A stretch of DNA of 64,000 nucleotides from a virus. Taxonomy: Duplodnaviria; Heunggongvirae; Uroviricota; Caudoviricetes. The notes below the pieces were generated by a model, which worked only from the letters and a program-made list of their open reading frames with translations, was not told the origin of the DNA and made no database searches. Below, piece after piece: positions 55,814 to 64,000 of this stretch. The stretch is from the IMG/VR virus record IMGVR_UViG_2839610755_000002, one strand, 5' to 3'. How positions within the stretch are numbered: position 1 is the stretch's first letter; each line of letters begins with the position of its first letter. A program made the position numbers and the translations under genes.

Positions 55814-55991
55814 CCTCTCACTCCATTATTTAACGAATAAAAAAGCTGCGGTGCCGGGTTCCTCCCGGTGTCCTTTGGCTGGTTATCCACCGTGGACGTG
55901 GAAACAAGGAGAAATAATGGACAGATATAACCATTTCCCCGCGTGCGCTTAGCCGCATTCACCGCAACGGAAAGAGCATTCTTGGTGGACC

Positions 55992-56039
55992 TGTAGATTG
56001 GGATATGAACCCGTTACAGGAGAATGCTCTTACCTGTTA
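55992..56039. repeat. repeat unit A+B in non-coding spacer
   Basis: A recurs at 56271-56296 and B at 56664-56683; an inverted partial copy lies at about 56623-56640. Confidence 0.5.
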
Positions 56040-56270
56040 CGTGCTCCGTTTCGTGGAGCTAACGGCGGGTGATCAGACCGCACCAGACTGGACTTATTTC
56101 AGCGTTATGCTCATGCCAGAGAATCAAACTGTGATGGTCGGTGCTGAACTCCGACACAGGGTTGTAGCAAGCCCCGCAAAGCGCGCACTACTGTAGTTGC
56201 GGCACATCAGCCTGTGCATTCACCACAATGTTGAGAACACTGGTTGTCACGCGGCAACGCAACATTTATT

Positions 56271-56296
56271 CGTAGATTGGGATATGACCCCGTTAC
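56271..56296. repeat. second copy of repeat A (CGTAGATTGGGATATGACCCCGTTAC)
   Basis: Direct repeat of 55992-56017 with 2 mismatches. Confidence 0.5.
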
Positions 56297-56686
56297 GCCA
56301 GTGTTCTCAACGTTGTAGTTGTTATGCGTATTCTCTTACTAACCGCACACCAATACATTTCCCATCACGTTCATTTGTCTCGAAACGTGAATACTTAAGT
56401 TCGCCGTTAATAATCGCTGTTACAACCCGTATCCCGTTAAACGCCCACATATTTCGCTCCATTTACACACATTACCAGTCGCCGGTTACGGTTCCGGCCA
56501 GGCCTCTTCCTCAACGGGGTGTTCTCCATACGGACTACCGTTTATTGGTCGTTCCTGCGGTTTATGTTGTGAAGCCAGATGCTTATCTTCTGGTTGCTTC
56601 TAAGATCTGCACTTCATCACAACGGTAAGAGCACTCGATGCATTTAAGCCAGGCCCCATAAGGGAGAATGCTCTTACCTGTTATGT

Positions 56687-56762
56687 TGGTGCCGATTAAC
56701 GGGATCGAACCGCTGACCATTCGCTTACAAAGCGACTGCTCTACCAACTGAGCTAAATCGGC
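56687..56762 (-). tRNA. tRNA-Thr (anticodon UGU)
   Basis: Cloverleaf with canonical D-loop and T-loop, encoded CCA. Confidence 0.85.
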
Positions 56763-56766
56763 AATG

Positions 56767-56853
56767 TGGTGGGGAGTGATGGAGTCGAACCACCCGAGTC
56801 GCAATGACAGTAGATTTACAGTCTACCCCGCTACCCCTACGGACTAACTCCCC
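56767..56853 (-). tRNA. class II tRNA-like gene, anticodon GUA (Tyr-like), long variable arm
   Basis: 7-bp acceptor stem, perfect anticodon stem, 14-nt variable arm, encoded CCA; D-arm pairing imperfect. Confidence 0.5.
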
Positions 56854-56858
56854 TAAAG

Positions 56859-56933
56859 TGGCGATGGTGGGTGGATTCGAACTACCGACCAGTTGGTTAA
56901 CAGCCAACTGCTCTACCGCTGAGCTACACCATC
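56859..56933 (-). tRNA. tRNA-Asn (anticodon GUU)
   Basis: Cloverleaf with canonical loops, encoded CCA. Confidence 0.85.
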
Positions 56934-57598
56934 ACTTGCCGGGTACGTCTCCGGCGAGGGCTTCCACCTCCGTATGCTTTTCGGCGCACCGCGCCCTGGC
57001 TGCAATTCGGTAACAGGGGATGCATAACCCTGGCTTCCAGCGTGATTAGCGCCTTCAGCATGACGGGATATACCCGTAAATTCGTGGAACTGTACCCAAA
57101 GTGCTGTTAAGCACCGCTGTTACGCTGAAAAGAAAACGCAACAGGAAAGGACGCTGACCAACAGATGGCCCCTTCTCGTTCATCTGGTTAATCACACCAG
57201 CGCCCTTACCTGTTGTGCCTCCCCGTTCCCTAATACACAGACGGGGACACTCTGCGGTCGATTTTTTGACGGGGGACGACTCATACCCCATGGCATCTGG
57301 CTTCTTAGGCCGCTACCATCATCAGATCATCGTTTGCATTTACTTTAATGGTCAGTTTCTAAACCGCCGCAAAGTCGCTAACCATGACGAAAACCCTGAA
57401 AAAAACGCCCACCCGAAGATGGGCAAACTGGACGCTCGTAACGCACTTCGGCGTTGCCACTTAGGCGCATGGTCAACCTGGCAACTCGGTGGTTTGTCTG
57501 GGAGGACTAGGCCCAGCCATGCTTACCGCCGCGCCTGTCGCGGCTAACAGCTAAATCGCTCTATAAATCACGATTCATTGAGGTGATATTACACTAAT

Positions 57599-57615
57599 AA
57601 ATTTATTAGAGCAAT
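57599..57615 (-). promoter_or_regulatory. C1 operator, perfect consensus
   Basis: Minus strand reads ATTGCTCTAATAAATTT exactly; overlaps the dmt stop. Confidence 0.65.
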
Positions 57616-60600
57616 ATACCCAAAACGTCATGAGCTACACCTCGAGTGTCCCCCTTACAAGACACAGAACGTCTGGCAAAAAGAGGTTCCACTCTGAAGC
57701 CACTGTCATGATAAAGCTCTCTGATGTTTGGCGCGCCACTGTTAGTAATGAGAACCTTTGCACCTCGACGATGAGCATCCGTCAACAGAGACACCAGGCG
57801 TTTTTGCTCTTCAAACTTAAAGTCATGACCGGAATAGTTCGTGAATCCCTCTGTATTTGGAAGCGGTTCATACGGCGGATCGCAAAAGATGACATCTCCT
57901 TCTCCGGCAGCTTCAATCACCGCTGCAAAATCACCGCATACAAACTCAGACCGCCCTTCCGCACCGAGGAAGGCTTCCATCTCCTGTAATGGGAAATACG
58001 GAGTTTTATACTTCCCATAACCGACATTGAACTCACCGGCCTGGTTGTAACGCGTCAATCCGTTAAAACAATGTCGGTTCAGGAACAAAAACGCCGCTGC
58101 GCGATGTAAATCATCATAGACTTGTTTGTTAAACGCATTCCGTACTGCCAGGTATCCTTCCTGTGTGTTGTAGTCCTGGAAGAAACGATGTGCCAGAGTG
58201 ATAAGTGAATGCGCCTCGCGTTGCAGAGTCTTGTAAAAGTTAATCAGGTCAGCATTCACATCATTTAGCAGATTTTCCTGGTATCCGGCATTCATGAAGA
58301 CAGCTCCGCCACCAACGAAAGGTTCAATCAGGCGCTTCCCTTCTGGCAAATAGCGAAAGATTTGTTCCAGAACACCAAATTTTCCACCAGCCCATTTGAA
58401 TATGGACCGTTCGAATTCTGCCGCTGGTTTAACTTTTCGCTCTTTTGTTTCACTTCCTTCTTTCTGCCGACATACGGCCTTAGTAATCCGATCGCCAATC
58501 CAGCGCATTACTGGTATTGCCATACTATTGCCGATCGCTTTGTAACGCGGTCCGTCAGCTGCAAGCATTGCGGCCTCTTCTTCGCTTAAATCTGGATAGT
58601 GATTGTGCAGATATGCCAGTTCATCTGAATTAACTTTTTTACGCTTTTCCGTAGGGATCAACGTATGCCAATCAGGAAAACCTTGCAGCCTTTCACATTC
58701 GACAGGGGTAAGACGGCGCATTCTACCGTCGCCGAGCAATACAATTGGTGCTTCATGGTTACATGTCAAAGTTGGTGCCGAATTATCGGTTTTTATCTCA
58801 GCCCCTCCTTGCCCATGTGCCATGGCAATTATGTTTGTATCATCGCAAGTTCTGATAGCGATGTTTGAAGTATATCTGGTAGTTTCCTTCCCCTCGCCTC
58901 TGCTCGGCGCAATATTCCGGCGCACGCCTTCGAACTCAAAAAGTACCGTTGCGGGATCGAGATCTGTTCGAGCACTTGCGACAACAAACACGCGTCGGCG
59001 TCGTTGTGCCACTCCGAAGTATTGGGCATCAAGGATTCTCCAGGCCACTTTTCGCTGCGGTCCATAAATACAACCACACTGCGGCCACTTTGGAACATGG
59101 CAACCGGTTTTGCCATCCCACCGCCAGAACGCGTTGCTTTTTCCTGATTCAGGTCGATCACCTGGTTCAAATGGCACATCTTCTCCAGCCAATCCGGCAA
59201 GGAAACATCCGAAGGCGTTATCTGCCGATGACAAGACTCCTGGGACATTTTCCCAGACGATAACGGCTGGTTTGAGAAATGACTCAGCCCGTTTGTCGTC
59301 AATTGCATTTGCAAGCTCCACATACTTTAAAGTTAGCGCGCCACGCTCATCATCAAGCCCACCACGTAATCCCGCGATACTGAATGCCTGACAGTTATGG
59401 ACCACCGCACCATTGAGGATATAGGAATGATCACCTTCGACTTCTATGTTGTATACAGTATCTAGGCCTACCGATTTAAACTCTTTGACTGTTCGTAAAA
59501 GCATTCCATGAGCCAATCTTGATTTACGTGACAATTTCTGCGGGCAGATTGTTACCTGATAATAATTCCGTTGATTTACCACGCGATCCTCGATCACTTT
59601 TTTGGGCTCAACTTCAATAAAGCTGACCGAAGAAACATAACCACAAGTCTGTGACAACCCCGCAACGCCCCAAGCAAGCGCAGAACTAACACTATTAATT
59701 CTAAATCCCGCTTTACCACTTGGTGTCCCATCAGTATCAAGATAGCCTTGTAAAAACACATGACGCAATGGATGCGACATCACCCATGCAGGGATACGCT
59801 TAGCATGGCTTAACTCGCCAAAATGTTCATTAAGCCAATTGGCATAACACGTATCATTCAAGGTTACTTTGATGCTCCCTCGGATTTCGCTTGCCACGGA
59901 AAATATGTTTTCTGGTATGCGGCAATGAAACTTTCTCAATTTCTGGCAATTTATGCCAAAAACAACCGCCTTCTTAGATTTACCTCTCCATCTCCTAATA
60001 TATCCATCGCCAACATAAGCGCCCGCAAGATACATAGCCTGTTCTTCAGACAAGAACCGAGAACAAATATCTGGAAATGCAATATTGAAATTAGTTAGAG
60101 CGCACCATTGATATCCCGGCATATCACATGCTGCTCGCCATTCCGGTTCAGACAACAACTCTCTCTTAAAATATGTGCCATTTTTCCGGGTGTTTTGGGC
60201 TTTCCACCGAACAGCCAGGAAGGGATGGTCATTGGTTGTTCTTATACCTAAAGGCTGCCCAACGGCATTAAGTAACCCCGTATTAGCTATTTTTGAACCA
60301 ACTCTTTTTACTTGTTGTAACCGCCCGAGATGACTGACTACGTAATCACCAGGGCAAACATTTTCTATTGGTTTATAGCCATTTTTACAAAGAACCATAT
60401 GCCCCGCGGTAAAACATGGTGTTCCCCCGACGAGCACGTCAGGGGATTCGATTTCCCCAGCCAAGACTTTTTTGGCAAGTTTTTTCATGTCGCCAAGGTT
60501 GGCAACATGGGGCCAGCGGAGCGCAAGAACGGCCGATGGAAAAGGCTCGATTTCAGCAAACCACGCCGGACGCATACCCAACGGTTCCCAGGCAATACTC

Positions 60601-60647
60601 GCGGCTTCAATTCCACTGCAAACAGATCCATAGCACAGCTCTTTCAC
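57606..60647 (-). CDS. dmt: bifunctional C5-cytosine / N6-adenine DNA methyltransferase (Dmt-like) with in-frame intein
   Basis: C5-MTase motifs split by the intein at GGTP | CQAFSIAG, then ENV, QRRRRVF, AIGNS; C-terminal Dam-like domain with FKWAGGK and DPPY. Confidence 0.85.
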   Translation of the reverse strand: MKELCYGSVCSGIEAASIAWEPLGMRPAWFAEIEPFPSAVLALRWPHVANLGDMKKLAKKVLAGEIESPDVLVGGTPCFTAGHMVLCKNGYKPIENVCPGDYVVSHLGRLQQVKRVGSKIANTGLLNAVGQPLGIRTTNDHPFLAVRWKAQNTRKNGTYFKRELLSEPEWRAACDMPGYQWCALTNFNIAFPDICSRFLSEEQAMYLAGAYVGDGYIRRWRGKSKKAVVFGINCQKLRKFHCRIPENIFSVASEIRGSIKVTLNDTCYANWLNEHFGELSHAKRIPAWVMSHPLRHVFLQGYLDTDGTPSGKAGFRINSVSSALAWGVAGLSQTCGYVSSVSFIEVEPKKVIEDRVVNQRNYYQVTICPQKLSRKSRLAHGMLLRTVKEFKSVGLDTVYNIEVEGDHSYILNGAVVHNCQAFSIAGLRGGLDDERGALTLKYVELANAIDDKRAESFLKPAVIVWENVPGVLSSADNAFGCFLAGLAGEDVPFEPGDRPESGKSNAFWRWDGKTGCHVPKWPQCGCIYGPQRKVAWRILDAQYFGVAQRRRRVFVVASARTDLDPATVLFEFEGVRRNIAPSRGEGKETTRYTSNIAIRTCDDTNIIAMAHGQGGAEIKTDNSAPTLTCNHEAPIVLLGDGRMRRLTPVECERLQGFPDWHTLIPTEKRKKVNSDELAYLHNHYPDLSEEEAAMLAADGPRYKAIGNSMAIPVMRWIGDRITKAVCRQKEGSETKERKVKPAAEFERSIFKWAGGKFGVLEQIFRYLPEGKRLIEPFVGGGAVFMNAGYQENLLNDVNADLINFYKTLQREAHSLITLAHRFFQDYNTQEGYLAVRNAFNKQVYDDLHRAAAFLFLNRHCFNGLTRYNQAGEFNVGYGKYKTPYFPLQEMEAFLGAEGRSEFVCGDFAAVIEAAGEGDVIFCDPPYEPLPNTEGFTNYSGHDFKFEEQKRLVSLLTDAHRRGAKVLITNSGAPNIRELYHDSGFRVEPLFARRSVSCKGDTRGVAHDVLGILL
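59394..60416 (-). other. intein (341 codons) with LAGLIDADG homing-endonuclease motifs inside dmt
   Basis: Starts with Cys after GGTP, ends ...VVHN before Cys+1; block [11 protein letters not shown]; LAGLIDADG-like [11 protein letters not shown] and [10 protein letters not shown]. Confidence 0.8.
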
Positions 60648-61549
60648 TGCTTAGCCTCTCCGCCAAGGGCATTTACCAGAGCATCAACCAGGCACGAAAT
60701 TTCACTGGTCAACAGGAAGAAATCTGCGTCCAGTCGCTGCGCAACATCTTCACTATCAATATCAGAGTTCTGCTCAAGCAATTCATCCGCAAATTTGACG
60801 CTGGTAAGGCTGAAGTTATGGTCCAGTGTAAATTTAATGCGGTTCTGCCAGTCGAGTGCCAACTTAGTGACGAGCTTGCCAGCTTCCAGGTGTGTGGAAA
60901 TTTCATCGCTTCCCAAATCCTGCTTTTTCACTCGGGCAATACCGCCATCCTCAAGCACTGCCTTAAGTTCTGCCGCATCCCCCATTTGAAATCCCTGTGG
61001 AGCACTACCATCACGTACCCAGTCGGTCAGCGTTAATTCAATGGGATTTTCAACACTCAGGGGAACAGCAGGAAGAGAACCCAGAGACTTACGCATAAGC
61101 GCGAGCATATCCTCTGCCTGCCGCGCGCTGGCATTGATATAGATACGTTTAGTTGAACCGTCGTAGATCGCCTGGATAACAGAAAACTTTGAAAAAGCCC
61201 GTGGCAGAAGAGAATGCAGAACTTCGTCTTTCAGGGAGTCCTTCTCTGTTTTCTTCAGTTTACGCGCTTGTTCTTGCTGAAGTTTTTCAATTTTTTCTTG
61301 AATAGCTCGCTGGATAACCGGCGGGGGAAGAATTTTTGTTTCGCGCTTTGCTTCAACAAGGATAAAACCATTTCCATGCATAGCGATAACTTCAGAATTA
61401 TCACCAAATGGCGATACAAAACCGAACTTGGCCATATCCTGACTACCGCATGGCGTGAAAAGGATCATTTTCTTTTTATCTTCTAAGTCGGTCAGATCCG
61501 CCTCACGAGAAAGTTTATAAATAGTAATGTTTTTCCAGTGCTTAAACAT
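60644..61549 (-). CDS. hrdC: RdgC homologue
   Basis: Start set at [13 protein letters not shown]; RdgC-like throughout ([14 protein letters not shown]...[22 protein letters not shown]). Confidence 0.85.
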   Translation of the reverse strand: MFKHWKNITIYKLSREADLTDLEDKKKMILFTPCGSQDMAKFGFVSPFGDNSEVIAMHGNGFILVEAKRETKILPPPVIQRAIQEKIEKLQQEQARKLKKTEKDSLKDEVLHSLLPRAFSKFSVIQAIYDGSTKRIYINASARQAEDMLALMRKSLGSLPAVPLSVENPIELTLTDWVRDGSAPQGFQMGDAAELKAVLEDGGIARVKKQDLGSDEISTHLEAGKLVTKLALDWQNRIKFTLDHNFSLTSVKFADELLEQNSDIDSEDVAQRLDADFFLLTSEISCLVDALVNALGGEAKQ

Positions 61550-61898
61550 GTTGTAACCCTTGAATATCAACCACAGAAAGCTCGTCTTTGTAGAAAAAGG
61601 CCAGGTTGTGGCACCCCCTCGTTTGAGCGTATGAGCTGGGACCAATTTCGTTCTTCCAGACAAATGGCTTCAAATCCGTACGGCGAAGCATAAAAACGCG
61701 ATTTATTCCGCTCTGATTCCCAATGAGGCAAAAGCCTTCTTTCACCTTGATAGCCTGCAAGTTGTCGAGTTCACCGCTGGTTACACGGCTATCGAACTCT
61801 TTGCGGCTTATTAGCTCCATCTGCATCTGACGACTCCAAACAAATGCCCATTGAAGGGCGATGGCTGAATGGTACCGAAAATACGACATAAAAAACAA
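61542..61898 (-). CDS. uhr: Uhr-like protein (start uncertain)
   Basis: ORF directly upstream of hrdC; likely start at the internal MSYFRY ATG (61887-61889). Confidence 0.45.
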   Translation of the reverse strand: MFFMSYFRYHSAIALQWAFVWSRQMQMELISRKEFDSRVTSGELDNLQAIKVKEGFCLIGNQSGINRVFMLRRTDLKPFVWKNEIGPSSYAQTRGCHNLAFFYKDELSVVDIQGLQHV

Positions 61899-61914
61899 TA
61901 TTTATTAGAGCAAT
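61898..61914 (-). promoter_or_regulatory. C1 operator upstream of the uhr-hrdC-dmt operon
   Basis: Minus strand reads ATTGCTCTAATAAATAT. Confidence 0.6.
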
Positions 61915-61995
61915 TTTGCGATAAGTAAACGCCATACAGACCACAAATAACCTAAGTTAAAATAACGAAAATCAGAGCAAATAATTGGTGATGGC

Positions 61996-62280
61996 GTGGC
62001 AAGCATTGCAACAAAAGACAGCATTTGTTCGGGGCACGGAGGATTCCCATCCAGGCCTCCTGTAGAGAGTGAACCACTACTTAAAGTCAACGGAGTCGAA
62101 GTGTTAGTTGATGGTAAGCAATATGCACAGCATACCGATGGAAACAGTACGCACGGTGGGCAAGCTATATCAACCAGGGCATGGTTTACCGTCAATGGTA
62201 AAGGGATCGTATGCGTTGGTGACCCTGTTTCATGCGGATCTACCGTAGCGTCCGGAGACGGCCTGGTTCAGGTAAGTTAG
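61996..62280 (+). CDS. small Cys/Gly/His-rich protein, PAAR-like
   Basis: 94 aa with paired His and Cys clusters (SICSGHGG...HTDGNSTHGG...VCVGDPVSCGS). Confidence 0.4.
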   Translation: MASIATKDSICSGHGGFPSRPPVESEPLLKVNGVEVLVDGKQYAQHTDGNSTHGGQAISTRAWFTVNGKGIVCVGDPVSCGSTVASGDGLVQVS

Positions 62281-62288
62281 GAGATATC

Positions 62289-63077
62289 ATGCTGGAAAAA
62301 GACTACCAGTTATCCGCATATAAAAAATTGGCCGCCGCCGGTGGGATGAAAACACCTGGTGCCATAACATCGGCACGAAACAGTGCTAACACAGCAAAAC
62401 TGCTTGCAGAAGAATTGACCGGATTAATTCTGGATACAATTGTCTATCCCGACACTATTACCAGCTATGTTTCAACGATCAGAACAACCACAACCGGCTT
62501 AACGAACATTGGAGAACTGGCAACTAAGCACGCGGACCTGTTGGCTGGTTATGCAGATCTGTCAATGCTGCTTCAACTCGATATTGGTTGGGATGTTTAC
62601 TGCCGTGCTAATGAGCGAGAAGTTTCAGAACTGCCGATCTCTATTGCCATTGGTGATGTGAATATTACTAAATCGCTTGAGGACGCTGTTAACGCGCTTA
62701 ATACATCAAGTTTAGTCGCTGCAATGGGGGAGATTAACCAGGCCCTTAACACTGGCTCAGAAAGCTCGTCAGGCTCTGGTTCAGGCGGCGGCACTGCCAC
62801 TCCCCCACCAGCACTAACAGAAGAGCAAATTGAATCTCTGAAAGTAGCAACTGAACAGTTTGGGGTTGTTTTCAACCAGACAACAGCACCCACAACTGCG
62901 TTACAACAGCAGTATGAACGAGCGAATGAAAGCGCCAACGTAGCCATAACTGCTTATAACCATGCTATCGGTACCGCGCTTGCGGAAGCATCAGCAAATA
63001 AGGCCAGCACAGCCAGCGCAGTCGCCGCTTTGGTTCCTGATTCTGTTCTTGATGAATTAAACAAAGCGGCACGGTAA
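62289..63077 (+). CDS. hypothetical 262-aa protein (Ser/Thr/Ala-rich)
   Basis: Start MLEKDYQ; low-complexity GSGSGGG linker. Confidence 0.5.
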   Translation: MLEKDYQLSAYKKLAAAGGMKTPGAITSARNSANTAKLLAEELTGLILDTIVYPDTITSYVSTIRTTTTGLTNIGELATKHADLLAGYADLSMLLQLDIGWDVYCRANEREVSELPISIAIGDVNITKSLEDAVNALNTSSLVAAMGEINQALNTGSESSSGSGSGGGTATPPPALTEEQIESLKVATEQFGVVFNQTTAPTTALQQQYERANESANVAITAYNHAIGTALAEASANKASTASAVAALVPDSVLDELNKAAR

Positions 63078-63116
63078 CAAAGGACTTCATTGATAATTTT
63101 TCTTCAGGAGGAAGAC

Positions 63117-63277
63117 ATGTCATTCTTTTCTACGTTAAAAACAGCTTTGTCTTTGAAGGAGAAACTTGCTGCTACTGGTGTTCTTGTTCTGATTTGCGCA
63201 CTTGTTGGTGCTGGGTTTGCATGGGAACGTCATCAGCTAAAGCAAGCCATGGAGAAAATTGGCAGTCTTGATCAGGC
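63117..63277 (+). CDS. small membrane protein gene, 3' end interrupted by IS insertion
   Basis: CAGGAGGAAG RBS; TM segment; reading frame runs into the IS end at 63278. Confidence 0.45.

Positions 63278-64000
<723 letters not shown>

Noticed and set aside
57055-57547. ORFs of 78 and 110 aa in the spacer between the tRNA cluster and dmt
   Set aside because: No RBS, overlapping each other on opposite strands, in a region flanked by an operator and tRNAs; more likely non-coding.

Overview
This 64-kb window reads as one contiguous piece of a P1-like phage-plasmid genome, in reverse orientation to the conventional P1 map. Anchors seen directly in the sequence: an exact loxP site (20353-20386) beside cre; the immC genes coi and c1; more than 15 dispersed copies of the asymmetric C1-operator 17-mer (ATTGCTCTAATAAATTT-like); pacA/pacB with a 4+3 hexamer pac site; phd-doc; humD with a LexA box; hot; ban; four tRNA genes; a bifunctional Dcm/Dam-type methyltransferase (dmt-like); an RdgC homologue; ssb; a SAR endolysin; ref; and a DarB-like methyltransferase-helicase. 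Departures from the P1 backbone as I recall it: (1) the slot where P1 carries the EcoP1I res-mod genes and IS1 (between mat and lxc/ulx) holds instead a single AT-rich 316-aa gene with a PIN-like nuclease signature, my top candidate for an undescribed single-gene defence or abortive-infection module; (2) the dmt-like gene carries an in-frame 341-codon LAGLIDADG intein inserted exactly at the catalytic PCQ motif; (3) two inverted IS629-like (IS3-family) copies, each interrupting a gene, bracket about 15.4 kb; (4) two diverged mosaic copies of an antirepressor-like gene; (5) apparent frameshifts in darB, one antirepressor copy and an ASCH-like gene; (6) a DUF2829 (Tad2-like) domain protein in the ssb operon. 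No CRISPR array and no integrase/att pair were seen. Names for the less famous P1 genes rest on recollection plus synteny; no database search or computation could be run, and coordinates were counted by hand.
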